64,000 bases of DNA from Octopus vulgaris (GCA_951406725.2 OX597814.1:189348001-189412000), one strand, 5' to 3'. Shown: positions 26,983 to 41,075, numbered from the stretch's first letter. Made by a program: numbers and translations. The notes: generated by a model from the sequence alone, not told the origin.

Positions 26983-28195
26983 GGGTTGGACAAAATAATG
27001 GAAACGCCTAGCATCATAGCATCATAAGTTTGAAGTATCTATAAAACCGTCAAAACCTTGTTCATTTTTATGTTTTTTGATTTATTATTAGTGTTGCTTA
27101 TTATGTTTCGCTAAAATTGCTGTTTCTTTTCAGATATCATCAGAAAAAGGTAATTAAAATTCATTAAAATGACAGATCTATCCGACTTTCAAAGAGTTCA
27201 AACTGTTGGTGGTCGTATGGCAGGCGCTAGCGAAACGAAAACAGCTGAAATGTTTGGTGTATCAAGAAGTATTGTCTCGGAGGTAATGACAACCTTTGTG
27301 AAAGAGGAAAAAACCTCCTTGTCGAAACAATACTCCGGAAGAAAACCAAATCCTTCAGATAATGACAGTCGGATTCTTGCGTGAATCGTTTGAAAGGACC
27401 ACAAAAGTACAGCTCCCAAAATTACCGCAGAGCTTAATGACCACCTCGAGAACCCAGTCTCCACAAAAACTGTTTCCCCGGAGCTGCACAAAGCCGGATT
27501 TCATGGGAAGGCTGCAATCACGACTTTCAAAAACAAATGTTTTTCAAAGTGTTTAGAGTGGAGTAAAAACCTATAGAATTGGCCCCTAGAACAGTGGAAG
27601 AATGTTATTTTCTCGGACGAGTCATCCTTCACCTTATTTCCGACCATCGGCCGTGTATACCTGTGGAGACAGCCAAAACAAGCATTAGACCCAGACTACA
27701 TTCTTCCAACTGTTAAACATGGAGGAGGATCTGTGATGATCTAGGGGGCTATATCTTGAAAATCCGCCGACCCAATGGTTTCCCTTCATGGCAGAATTAA
27801 TAATCAAGACTAATTAAGCATTTTATCTGATCAAATGCTATGGTTGCGGAACTGTTTCTGGAGGCAAACGCAATCTTTCAGGATGATAATGCACCAATTC
27901 ACACAGCTAAAGTTGTTACTGAATGGCACGAAGAATATTCTAGTGAAGTTGAACAGGTTATCTGGCCACCACAGTCCCATGGTGCATTTTAGAAAAACAA
28001 GTAAGGAGTCGATATGGTCCACCATCGTCTCTACAAGAACTGGAGACTGTTTTAGCTGAAGAATGGAGAAAAATTCCTTTGGAAACAATTCAAACTAGTA
28101 GAATTCAAACTGTAATTACTGCCAAATGTAGTTCTACCCCGTATTAAATTAAATTTGAAATTTTAAGGTGTCTCCATTATTTTGCCCTACTCCTA
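26980..28195 (+). mobile_element. Full-length decayed Tc1 transposon inserted in (TA)n
   Basis: TIRs CAGGGGTTGGACAAAATAATGGAAACGCCT and AGGTGTCTCCATTATTTTGCCCTACTCCT, with TA flanks. Confidence 0.92.
27169..28147 (+). pseudogene. Tc1 transposase pseudogene
   Basis: MTDLSDFQR..HTH region; WKNVIFSDESSF; PTVKHGGGSVM; IFQDDNAPIH; WPPQS followed by a deletion that removes PDLNPIE; ends ..TPY*. Multiple stops and frameshifts. Confidence 0.9.
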
Positions 28196-28260
28196 TATAC
28201 ACACACACATATATATATATGTATGAGTGCTGTTTGTAAAGCATTTTGAGTAGACACTCA

Positions 28261-28311
<51 letters not shown>

Positions 28312-28318
28312 TGTATGC

Positions 28319-28357
<39 letters not shown>

Positions 28358-28364
28358 TGTATGC

Positions 28365-28419
<55 letters not shown>

Positions 28420-28877
28420 TGTATGCATGTATGTATGTATGTATATGCATTTGAATGTGTATCTTTTTGTTTGTCGTCTTCCAACGGATATATGCTAGAA
28501 AACACGTGGAAACGTTTCTCTATAAACAAAACTGAAATTAAAGTGACAGGTTTGCTCTCCTTAAAGTATGCGAAGCGACATTGAACTGTTTTGTACACAC
28601 GTGAAGGAAGGACTCTTGTTTCTTTGCTTTGTTTTCTGTTGTTTGTTTTTTTCTTTTCTATTCATTTATTTATTTGTTATCCCCGAATTTCTGTTCTGAA
28701 GAACTTGCTCTTTGTCTAAAAGTGCAGCAGCCGGCATCACTGGCGACAGCATCAATCATAATGCTACGAAACGTTACAAACCGAAGGTTGCTAATATGTT
28801 CCTACAAAGAACAACCATGTCTTTATTTTCGATTAAGTTCACATATACACGCGCGCACGTAATTCTATACTCGCACG

Positions 28878-28951
<74 letters not shown>

Positions 28952-29260
28952 TATATATACACACACTCTTCCATACATTGATATACACACGCTCACATAA
29001 TCTTCATACACAGACGTTTGCCAACACACAAAAACATATGCACTCGTCCATATACACATATACACACGCACACAATATCCTCACATATGCATACATGATA
29101 GCGTACACACACTTTAGCCAGGTTACGGGTATCTCCCTTGTCTCCAAACACTTCCTTCCTTCCGATCAAATCAACATGGGCAACCATTAATCAGAACACG
29201 TTTTGTTTCCATTTCTTGTTTTAACAGTCTCCATTTATTTTCTCTCCCCATCATTACAAT

Positions 29261-29476
29261 AGGCGCAGAAGTGGCTGTGTGGTAAGTAGCTTGCTTACCA
29301 ACCACATAGTTCCGGGTTCAGTCTCACAGCATGGCACCTTGGGCAAGTGTCTTCTACTATAGCCGACCAAAGCCTTGTGAATTGATTTTGTAGACGGAAC
29401 CTGAAAGTAGCCCGTTGTACACATATGTGTGTGTTTGAGTTTGACTCCCCACCCCCATCACTTGACAACCGATGTT
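29261..29476 (+). mobile_element. SINE group D, 5' part
   Basis: AGGCGCAGAAGTGGCTGTGTGGTAAG...CTTGACAACCGATG. Confidence 0.85.
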
Positions 29477-29510
<34 letters not shown>

Positions 29511-29689
29511 TGAGGTTATAAGAGGTAATGGTGTTGTTATTGAAACCCAAAGGTGTCAGGTAATGCTGAATAAGTGCTATAGACAGACCATATTTAAGTT
29601 CCAGATTCGGTGATTTTGCGAATAAGGGGTTCAACTTTGGTCCTATGTCAGCCTGTGTATATAAGAATTTTATGCGTAATGAGATAAAA

Positions 29690-29735
29690 AACCAAGGCTG
29701 TGTAGATATAAATATCTATATCTACACAGCCTCGG

Positions 29736-29737
<2 letters not shown>
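29690..29737. repeat. 21-bp-arm hairpin abutting (TA)n
   Basis: AACCAAGGCTGTGTAGATATA-aatatc-TATATCTACACAGCCTCGGTT, 1 mismatch. Confidence 0.85.
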
Positions 29738-29791
<54 letters not shown>

Positions 29792-29898
29792 ATGTATGTA
29801 TGTATGTATGTATGTATGTATATATGTTTGTATGTTTGTATGTATGAACTAATATGCGCTACTGTCAACTCTATTTACATCTAACTACATTTATCCAC

Positions 29899-30014
29899 GT
29901 GAAGGCGTGTAGCAAAGCGATTAAAGTGTTGCACTGAAGATCGCAAGTTTGTGGTTTCCATTCCCAGTCCGGGCACAACGTTGTGTTCTTCAGCTAAACA
30001 TTGAATCCAACGTT
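29899..30014 (+). mobile_element. SINE group B head and partial CORE, diverged
   Basis: GAAGGCGTGTAGC..GGTTTCCATTCCCAGTCCGGGC..CGTTGTGTTCTT. Confidence 0.6.
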
Positions 30015-30031
30015 GTATGTATATTATATTG

Positions 30032-30117
<86 letters not shown>

Positions 30118-30845
30118 TTTACATACACACACGCACGTGTATATAAGCATTCAAGAATGCGTTTTATTTATTTGCAATGCCATTCCGTGAATGAGCGTGC
30201 TTGATGTTTGTGTTTTTGCATGTGAAAACATGAATTTGTATATGTTTACATGTATGTTTTTTTGTGTGTTTATGCATGTGTTTTTCTCAGTGCGTATGTG
30301 TGAAATCGCAAAAACAAAAAAAATGGAGGAAAAGGTTTCGAGGAAAAAGCTCACGCACACTGCTCACTACTACTCATGTACACTCTCTCACACAGGCATG
30401 CATACAGCATGTATACGCACACACACACATATATACGTACATACATACATACATACATACATACATACATACATACATACATACATACATACATACATAC
30501 ATACATACACACAAACACACACATATATAGATACCAACATACATACATAAATATATACACACACAATAAAGAGAGAAAAAGCGAGACTGATGCAGGCCAC
30601 GAACACATACACATACAAATACAAACACTCACATAAGCATGCATGCACAATCTATCATACTCACATACACACACAAATATTGCATGAAAAGGAAAAAAAG
30701 ATTGTTTGCTTTTGTTTGAAGAAATATACATATAAATATGGTAGGTGGTCATGTATGCATTCTATCCAAACGAAAGTAATCTGTAAAATGATTTTTAAAA
30801 AATACACCAACACTGGCAGATAATACAATATAAAATTTATATATT

Positions 30846-30898
<53 letters not shown>

Positions 30899-31019
30899 CA
30901 CGAAACAAAAAAAAAAATAGAGTGTGGCGGGGTAGAATCAGACAATTTCGATGGATTTCTTTCATTTTAGTTCAGAATTTTTGAAGAACAGAGACAGAGT
31001 CATTGACGGAGCGTTAAGA

Positions 31020-31580
<561 letters not shown>

Positions 31581-32130
31581 AGACAGAGAATGTGAATGAA
31601 AGAGTATAGTGAGGCACAGGGAAATCGATAAGAGCAAAGTTATTCGAGTGTGCAAGGCAACTTCGACAATATTGTGTGACACAATGGTGAGTGTATAGAC
31701 GCCAATACCAATCATAGCGAGTTATTAAAGATAAATGTTCAGCTCGCTTTATCTTGGCGTTGATACTTTTTCTTCTTCTTGTTATTGTTATTGTTATTGT
31801 TGCCGTCGTCGTTGTTGTACTTATTATTGGTATTATTAGCTTTCATTCTTTTAGATTATTTTTTTTGTTTTGGTTGTTTGTTTTTTTTTATCGTCGGCTT
31901 TTTATTTTTTTACGGGATTGCTTGGGGGGAGCTTTTTTTGTTTGTTTGTTTGTTTTTTTTGTTTTTAATTTTGTTTTTTTTTTTTATTGTTGTTCTTTTT
32001 TTTTTCGATCAAGTCAATTGGTTATACAGGTAATCTTAGTTTCGATCTGCTGACGTAGCTCTACTTACGATGAAGTGAATGCAACTTCGTATAAATATAA
32101 ATATTTTCGTATGTTGATACGAATAACAAT

Positions 32131-32163
<33 letters not shown>

Positions 32164-32483
32164 ATACAAATAAACGATAAATATTAGACACGAAAAATTT
32201 GTAAATAAATTGCATTTCATGTACATATATCTGCGTCTATACATATATACATATATGTATGTATATTCATGTATGTGTGTATATAAATATACATGAGTGT
32301 GTGTGTTTACGCATGTACGTACGTACCTACGTGTGTGTGTACGTATATATGTATGTGTGTATTTATATATACATGTATATATATGTATGTGTGTATTTAT
32401 ATATGTATGTATATATATATATGTGTGTATTTATATATATATGTATATATATATGTGTGTATTTATATATATATATGTATATA

Positions 32484-32522
<39 letters not shown>

Positions 32523-33347
32523 GAATGTATATGTATGTATGCACATATGTTCATCGCATGAATATACCATTCCTTGTGACAGTCTGATTGACAACTAAGC
32601 ACTACTTTGGAAATATAAAGGGAAGAACAAATAAAAAAAAGTATAAGATAGGAAGTGTTTGATCATTTTATGTCGTTTTTTTTTTTTAACCTTCTTACTT
32701 GATAAGCAAAAATGGACGAAAGTAAACTTGACTGCAGTACACACATTCGAGCAATACGTGAAAACATTAAATTATACAGACGATATGGCTGAGGGAAAAA
32801 AAAGACCTCAGGAGAGCGTTCTGCATACTAAATACGTATAGGGTATGGTCTCACAGACCGGCTTTAAATTATCTATACATAGATATGATATATATTTATA
32901 AATACGTATGGTCATAAACACGCATAAATGCATAATATGCATATATAAATGTGTGTGTGTGTGTGTTATTTATGTATGTATTCATGTATATATATATATA
33001 TATATATACATCTACATGTATGTATGAATTGCGCAATATATCTATATGTGTATATATAATATATGTACGTCTATACATACATATACATGCAGAGACATAC
33101 AGAGCTCGGATCACAAACGTAAGAAAACTGTACTTAACATATTTCGCGATGGTCAAATATTTATATTAACAGGTTGACTCAGATTTGCTATATTAAACGT
33201 TTCACACATTCAAAAACAGTCGCTATATACTCCTTTTCACCTCCAGTGAGTATGGCTTTAGGCCCTTACTATCATGAAAACGAGCAACCTAACCGCTAGG
33301 GCAATATAATATACATACATATATACATATATATATATATAGGTAGA

Positions 33348-33688
33348 GAGAGGTGAACCCCTTTGGTCATGATTGACCATTGGATTGCACATAGAAAGTT
33401 ACCCTCCGAGGCACAAGTCCGGGCAATGTTGTTTGTGGAAGGCCAGCAGTCGCCGATGCATACCAGCCTCCTCCTCTCCACGTCACCGATGTTATCCTAG
33501 GGAAAGGCAAAGGCCTATACAGCTTGGCACCAGTGATGTCGCAACTCATTTCTACAGCTGCGTTAACTGGAGCAACGTGAAATAAAGTGTCTTGCTCAAG
33601 AACACAACATGCAGCCCACTCCGGGAATCGAACTCACAACCTCATGATCATAAGCTCGACGCTCCAACCACTGAGCCATGCGCCTTCA
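33348..33688 (-). mobile_element. CORE-like SINE (group B head and core) with a different tail
   Basis: Head and core match 4712/10497, but the 3' ~190 bp are unrelated to their tail. Confidence 0.8.
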
Positions 33689-33730
33689 CAAACACACACA
33701 CACACACATATATGTGCTTATTTTCACTTC

Positions 33731-33775
<45 letters not shown>

Positions 33776-33784
33776 CTTTATTGT

Positions 33785-34080
33785 TTTATTCTTTAACATG
33801 CTGGAGCACTGCCTTAAAGGGTTTTTTAGTCGAAAATATCAATCCCGGGGCTTATTCTTTGTGAACCTAGTACTTATTCTAGCGGTTTCCCTTGCCGAAC
33901 CGCTAAGTTACGGGGACGTAAACGCATCAACATCAGTTGTCTAGCGATGGTGGATGAACAAACATACATAGACACACACACACACATATATATGTAATAA
34001 TAAAAAGTAACAATAAAACAATGAGAACTCGATATTAGGTAAATAGAGGATTATTTATATATGTATAGTTTAGGACAATC

Positions 34081-34133
<53 letters not shown>

Positions 34134-34215
34134 GACGCGAACCTGGTTGACCCGGCGCTATAGTGGGTCTGAACCCGGAACTATGTGTTTAGGAAGTAAA
34201 CTTTTTACAACACAC
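33785..34215 (-). mobile_element. Fragmented SINE group D
   Basis: 3' half at 33785-33960 and head fragment CTGAACCCGGAACTATGTG at ~34160-34215. Confidence 0.7.
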
Positions 34216-34227
34216 ACACACGCGCAG

Positions 34228-34270
<43 letters not shown>

Positions 34271-35220
34271 TATGCACACATACACACATACATATATATA
34301 TATATATATATGCATATATCACTTTTATCATATTACACGCTATCATACTCCAAACATGCTTACGTATCGAAAGTCAAGCATTCGAGGAAATGATATTTGG
34401 ATTACTTTAAAGTATTTTAATCGTAAACAAAAGACGAAAAAAATAAACGTAATGCGAAATGCTTTCGAAAGGAATTTAAAATCGTGACAATGGAGGATAT
34501 GACATAGGTCAGAAGAAAATATTTGGTTTAAGAAATATCAAAACGAAGAGACGTGTCCAGGAAGAGTGAGAGAAAATGTGTTTTCCAAAACAGTTGAAAA
34601 AGTATATTAATGAAAATATTCATAATAAAATAAAAGAGGGTAGTACAAAACATAGGTGATACAGAGGGGAAAAAATGCATGAGTGAAAATATGGTGAGGG
34701 AGCGATTTAGAGAGGGATTGAGGTGAGTAAGTGTGTAGGAATTTAACTAAATGAAAAGAAATTAGAAAGTCAGCCAGAAATGAATAAAAAAAAAGGGCGA
34801 GATACACGAAATAGAAAAATAGATCAAGATATTTGAAGTAAAAAACATAAAGAACTTAACAAGACAATAAAAATTGAAAGAAACGAATAGATAAATATTA
34901 TGGCTTAGAAAAAGTATTGGAGAGAGAGAAAAAATTCCCCCAAAAGCACATGTTGGTAGGGAAATAGATAAAAAAAATAGAAAGAGTAAAAGAAGGAAGG
35001 AATGTGGATATCAGCGAGATTTAGAAAGTCCAGTGGGAGTGAAAGATAACTTGGTAAGGGAAAATGAAAGTAAACTAAATAAAATAAGATTCAGCAAGAA
35101 ACTAATTAACTGGAGAAATTTATAAAGTGTTCGTTGTAGAAATGAACGAAAATAGAAATGTAATGTTAAGTAAGGCATGATAATATCTATTATTTGTGTA
35201 TGTGTGTATGTAAATATATC

Positions 35221-35449
35221 ATCATCATCATCATCATCATCATCATCGTTTAACGTCCGTTTTCCATGCTAGCATGGGTTGGACGGTTTGACCGGGGTCT
35301 GGGAAACCAGGAGGCTGCACCAGACCCCAGTCTGATCTGGCTGTGTTTCTACAGCTCGATGCCCTTCTTAACGCCAATCACTCCGTGAGTGTAGTGGGTG
35401 CTTTTTTCGTGCCACCGGCACAGGGGCCAGAGGAGGCTGACAACGGCCA

Positions 35450-35452
<3 letters not shown>
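35221..35452 (-). mobile_element. 5'-truncated retroposon with RTE-like 3' end and (GAT)n tail
   Basis: Minus strand GGCGTTAAGAAGGGCATC..GCTGTAGAAAC ... CCATGCTAGCATGGAAAACGGACGTTAAAC(GAT)n. Confidence 0.7.
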
Positions 35453-35505
<53 letters not shown>

Positions 35506-35510
<5 letters not shown>

Positions 35511-35712
35511 GGAAATGAAGAAAATGCTGACAAATAATTGAAGTAATTTAAGTAATTTAATTAGGTGAAAGTTCTTTTTACCGGTTGCGCATTTGTTATG
35601 CTTATCATTTTGATAAGCATAACAAATGCGCAACCGGTAAAAAGAACTTTCACCTAATTAAATTACTTAAATTACTTCAATTATTTGTCAGCATTTTCTT
35701 CATTTCCTTTTT
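35506..35712. repeat. Perfect palindrome with 102-bp arms and a 3-nt loop (TTT 35608-35610)
   Basis: Base-by-base complementarity about 35609. ORFs 35349-35633(-) and 35585-35806(+) give near-identical peptides. Flanked by (TA)n. Confidence 0.95.
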
Positions 35713-35748
35713 TATATATCACCACTCGTGTTCGACATCTCCTTTTTT

Positions 35749-35782
<34 letters not shown>

Positions 35783-35800
35783 AGAGAGAGAGAGAGAGAG

Positions 35801-35865
<65 letters not shown>

Positions 35866-36546
35866 TCAATGGTGACTCCGGTACACGGGATGTTCGGTCT
35901 AAGCCCGAGTATAGATTTAGCAAAGTGAATGTGTATTTGAAAGCTAATTTAATTTCTCCCAACATTGACTTCAAGTATGAAATTGCAGCCATTAACTCGG
36001 GCTCCTTTTATTGAGCCTGGTCGCAGTTCATTTATTTTCGTTCAGCGTCTGGCGGTCGTCTTAAAGGTGTCCTTTGTCAAAAGATATCATTCGTAGCGGA
36101 CGCTCTCTCGACATCTTTCACATGCGCCTGACTCGGGCTCAGAAGTACAGCCCAAGTGATTATCTATAATCGTAGAAATTAAAAGTAACTCAAATTCAAT
36201 GTTTTCTTGAAACAATAAATTTCTATAGAGGTTGGGATTTAAATTTTAATCTATGAAAAGTTTCCATTCTACAATTCCATTCTTAAAGGAACGAAAAATT
36301 ATCGAGCAACTCGGACTAATACGGACGAGCCTGGTAGGTGTAAAAGACTAACCGATATCTCCTGTCAAGAGTACAATCGACAGACAGATCACTGATGTTT
36401 GTTATGCATTCCGTTGTCGTTATTTGATTGCTGTTATTCTGTGCGTCTGTGTGTAAAAATTCAAAGGCTTACTGTTGCAAGGCAATGGTACAATTGAAGA
36501 ACAGGTACAAGTAGCGGTAAACAACAGTTTATTCAGAATTTAAATA

Positions 36547-36863
36547 AAGCATGGAAGAAAATGGAGAAGAGATTGAATTGACAAAGTAAGATTTATTTAC
36601 TATAATCATAGGAATAAATAAATACAACACCATTCTTAAAGCTGTTTCTACTTCGGAGATCCAGTATACTTTAGTTGACATATCATACAAGGTAAGGATA
36701 CTGTGGTAAGGATATCTTATATCAACTATAGCATACTGGATCCCCGAAATAGAAACAGCTGTAAGAGTGGTGTTGTATTCATTTATTTATTCCTATGATC
36801 ATAGTAAATAAATCTTACTGATGTTTGTTAATTGAATCTTATCTCTATTTTCTTCCGTGCCTT
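36547..36863. repeat. Imperfect inverted repeat with ~130-140-bp arms and a ~43-bp spacer
   Basis: 36547-36678 versus 36722-36863 (e.g. GTAAGATTTATTTACTAT / ATAGTAAATAAATCTTAC). Followed by (TA)n. Confidence 0.88.
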
Positions 36864-37159
36864 ATATATATATACATGTGTGTGTGTGTATGTATGTATC
36901 ATACATACATAATCATATATACTCTTATATCTATATACACATATAATATCTGTGTGTGTGTGTACATATATGCATGAATGTACATGTATATACGCTACTT
37001 AAGGGGTCATGTGATGTCTGTGGTATTATGGACTTCGAGATTAGATATGAAGAACAGTCACGAACAACTTAAGAAATTGTTTTCTATTAAATTAAAAATA
37101 AATACAAATTGTGGATCATCCGTCGGTGTCGAGGATGAGCTTTCAGTCGTTCTGCCAAG

Positions 37160-37340
37160 TGAATAATAGTGGATTCAAATTTTGGCACAAATTCGGAGAA
37201 GTGGTGTAAGTCGATTACACCAACCCGAGTGTTCAACTGGTACATGTTTTCTGCAGAATTTGAACTTAGAACATAGGCACGGACGAAATACCGCCAAGCA
37301 TTTTGCCCGGCATGCTAACGGTTCTGCCAACTAGCCACCT
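37160..37340 (-). mobile_element. SINE group C, diverged and internally deleted
   Basis: GAATTTGAACT..GACGAAATACCGC.AAGCATTTTGCCCGG..TGCTAACG. Confidence 0.75.
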
Positions 37341-37361
37341 TATGCCAAGTGATTTTTTTTT

Positions 37362-37740
37362 TTCAGTCATTTGACTGCGGCCATGCTGGAGCACCGCCTT
37401 TAGTCGAGCAAATCGACCCCAAGACTTATTCTTTGTAAGCTTAGTACTTATTCTATCGGTCTCTCTTGTCAAACCGCTAATTGACGGGGACGTAAACACA
37501 CCAGCATCGGTTGCCAAGCGATGTTGGGGGGGGGGACAAACACAGACAAACACACACGCATATGTATACATATCTACGACGGGCTTCTTTTAGTTTCCGT
37601 CTACCAGATCCACTCACAAGGTTTTGGTCGACCCGAGGCTATAGTAGAAGACATTTGACCAAGGTGCCACGAAGTGGGACTGAAGCCAGAACCATGTGGT
37701 TAGTAAGCAAGCTACTTACCACACAGTCACACCTGCGCCT
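37362..37740 (-). mobile_element. SINE group D
   Basis: Near-full reverse-complement copy. Confidence 0.9.
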
Positions 37741-37943
37741 ATATGTTGATGAAAAGAAAAGGTATGGAACGATATGTTAGATCAGTTGAATGGTATACCA
37801 TCGGTGAACTTCACAAATGATATAAGTTGAAGAATAACTACATAGAGGATGTAGGAGCTTTCCCTTTTTACCAAATATAGATAATGCATATGAGAATTTT
37901 CTCTAGTGCCAGTTTCCTGTACCTGGTGTGGTGGAAGGTGATC

Positions 37944-38354
37944 GGAGGTACAATGGCCCAGTGGTTAGGGCAGCGGACTCGCGGTCGTAGGACCGCGGTT
38001 TCGATTCCCAGACCGGGCGTTGTGAGTGTTTATTGAGCGAAAACACCTAAAGCTCCACGAGGCTCCGGCAGGGGATGGTGGTGATCCTTGCTGTACTCTT
38101 TCACCACAACTTTCTCTCACTCTTACTTCCTGTTTCTGTTGTACCTGTATTTCAAAGGGCCGGCCTTGTCACTCTCTGTGTCACGCTGAATATCCCCGAG
38201 AACTACGTTAAGGGTACACGTGTCTGTGGAGTGCTCAGCCACTTACACGTTAATTTCACGAGCAGGCTGTTCCGTTGATTCGGATCAACCGGAATCCTCG
38301 TCGTTGTAACCGACGGAGTGCTTCCATAAAAAGAGGAGGAAAGGGAAAAAGGAA
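37944..38354 (+). mobile_element. SINE group A, tail type 2, with a purine-rich 3' extension
   Basis: 12-bp TSD GGAAGGTGATCG at 37933-37944 and 38355-38366. Confidence 0.92.
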
Positions 38355-38610
38355 GGAAGGTGATCGCAGTCGTCGGAAGCCCTGATTTTACCTAGATACA
38401 ACTTCTCACCCGTATGTGATTTGGTTATCCTTATTTGATTTTCTTTATATTCTTTTATTTATATTTATATATGAATGGATTTTGTGTAATTTATATATTT
38501 TTATTTATTTTTAGTTGTTATTTGGGCTATTGACCAATTGTTATTATGTCAGAATGTATTGTATAGCGTTCTTTTCATAACCCTCACTTTTGTACGTATA
38601 TGTGCATATA

Positions 38611-38662
<52 letters not shown>

Positions 38663-38759
38663 AGAGAGAGTATATGTGTGTGTACATTCGTACCCACTTT
38701 CTTTAAATTTCTTAGTACCAAATTCTACACGACTGCAGAGCCAGAGTGGTAAGATGTTT

Positions 38760-38803
<44 letters not shown>

Positions 38804-38938
38804 CTGCTACTACTCCTGCTACTACTACTCCTGCTACTACTACTCCTGCTGCTACTACTACTACTACTACCCTTGCTACTACTACTACTACTACTACTAC
38901 TACTCCTGCTACTCCTCCTCCTCCTCCTCCTCCTCCTC

Positions 38939-38986
<48 letters not shown>

Positions 38987-39012
38987 ACTACTACTACTAC
39001 TGTTGTTGTTGT
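38760..39012. repeat. Compound (CTA)n/(CTC)n trinucleotide repeat
   Basis: Seen directly. Confidence 0.92.
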
Positions 39013-39757
39013 TCTCGTTGCTGTTTTGGCTTGAACGGAAATGTTTTTTTTCGCACTGAACATTGATTTTTGGACTACACCGTTTTACAAGGATTTTTCA
39101 GAATGCGGATCGTATTTTCGTTTTCTTTTTATGTTTGTGTCGCGTAAACCTAAGTTTATAAAGCAAGTGAATTTTATTTAATAGAGTTTTAGAAATTTTT
39201 TATAAAAACATTTATAATTTTTTTTTTAGTTTTTACTTCTTGTTCGAATAGATTCGCAATTGCATCAAGTCAACCAGTAAATGCCAATAAAAGAACCATT
39301 AAAAAAAAATACAAACAACTTTCAAAACATCTGTTGATAATTTGCTCTCTTGAAAAATAGAAAATAAAACTAGGCGGTAGTTTAACAGTCGGAATAATGC
39401 GTTGTGGTAATAATTTCGGCTCTATAGATCCTGATTTCAAATCCCGCCGATTTGCCATTCATAATCTAGGGATCACTAAAAAATGTACCTTTTAAGTACT
39501 GGGTCGATGCGATTGACTAACTCCTCTACCTGCAAAATTTCCAAAATTATGTCTTGATTAGGGAAATATTTCTCTAAATCTTCCATAGTCCTCGTTTCTA
39601 GTATTCTCCTTCTCCTCAAGTGTGTTTGTCCTAACAATTTAATCTACTCTCAAGCACTTATATGGGTAATTCTACGATAATTCTGTCCATTAATTGTTTA
39701 AATCTAACTTAATACTTTTAATTTTAATCCTTTCAATAATTTGCTTTTTAATATACA

Positions 39758-40115
39758 CTAGCAATATGACCCGGCAACGCTGGGTCATAGTGCTAGTGCA
39801 TGCATATACAGCTGCGTGCGTGCGCACATACACGCGAGTACTGTCCAAATCTCCGACCAATCACATACAGCTAGCTGGCATTCAATTGGCGTATCAAGTT
39901 TCGGGCATTTTGATTGGGTTTTGGATAGAAAATTCGCAAAAAGTCACTTCTATTGATTTTTAATGGCTTTGTGGGGTGACTGAGAAAATATAAAGATGTG
40001 CACGACCACCCTTGGACGGTTTTGAATGACCATAGAAAGTGCAAGTCCTCTAACTGAAAACTTGTGGTTTTGTATAAAGGACACACAGACATTTTGCCGT
40101 TTATATATATAGAGA
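39758..40115 (-). mobile_element. Non-autonomous Helitron (different family from 21684)
   Basis: Minus strand A|TCTCTATATATATAAACGG ... ATGACCCAGCGTTGCCGGGTCAT hairpin ... CTAG|T. Confidence 0.82.
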
Positions 40116-40289
40116 TATCTTTTGGCACAATCATCTGATGCTGTTGTTTTGATATCACATCTGAATCTATACAATGATGTTAATAACGTTTAACATTATT
40201 CACAATGATGTAAATAATTTTAATAATCTTCTATTTGAAGGAGCTGGTTTACAATTTTCTCATAGCACTTGTATTAATAAGCGGTTTCA

Positions 40290-41075
40290 TTCAGAATCGG
40301 TGGAGCACAGATAAAGCTCAGTTGCAATATATTGTAACATTTTAAGTTCAAATCCCACCGAGATTAACTCTCTTTTCGATCTTGGCACTCTGCCAGAAGC
40401 GTTAGCACGCTGGGCGAAATGCTTAGCAGTATTTCGGCTGCCGTTACCTTCTGAGTTCAAACTCCGCCGAGGTCGACTTTGCCTTTCATCCTTTCGGGGT
40501 CGATTAAATAAGTACAAGTTAGGTACTGGGGTCGATATAAAACGACTTAATCCGTTTGTCTGTCCTTGTTCGTTCCATCTGTGTTTAGCCCCTTGTGGGT
40601 AGTAAAGAAATATATATTGTGACATTCTAACTTCAATTCCCACCGAGATTAACTCTCTTTTCGATCTTGGCGCTCTGCCAGAAGCGTTAGCACGCTGGGC
40701 GAAATGCTTAGCAGTTTTTCGGCTGCCGTTACGTTCTGAGTTCAAACTCCGCCGAGATCGACTTTGCCTTTCATCCTTTCGGGGTCGATTAAATATGTAC
40801 CAGTTACGCACTTGGGTCGATATAAAACGACTTAATCCGTTTGTCTGCCCTTGTTCGTCCCCTCTGTGTTTAGCCCCTTGTGGCTAGTAATGAAATAAGT
40901 ATTTCGGCTGCCGTTACGTTCTGAGTTCAAACTCCGCCGAGGTCGACTTTGCCTTTCATCCTCCTGGGGGTCGATTAAATAAGTAGCAGTTAGGCACTGG
41001 GGTTGATGTAATCGACTTAATCCCCTTGTTTGTCCCTTCTATGTTTAGCCTCCTGTGGGCAATAAAGAAATAAAA
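40290..41075 (+). mobile_element. SINE group C composite array: two 285-bp units and one ~185-bp unit
   Basis: The ~60 bp upstream of the SINE (ATATTGT.ACATT..CCCACCGAGATTAACTCTCTTTTCGATCTTGG) is itself duplicated at 40327 and 40612. Confidence 0.9.

Noticed and set aside
27169-28147. Active or domesticated transposase
   Set aside because: Several stops and frameshifts, and loss of the segment carrying the catalytic Glu.
38746-39066. Mucin-like Thr/Pro ORF
   Set aside because: Pure (CTA)/(CTC) microsatellite.
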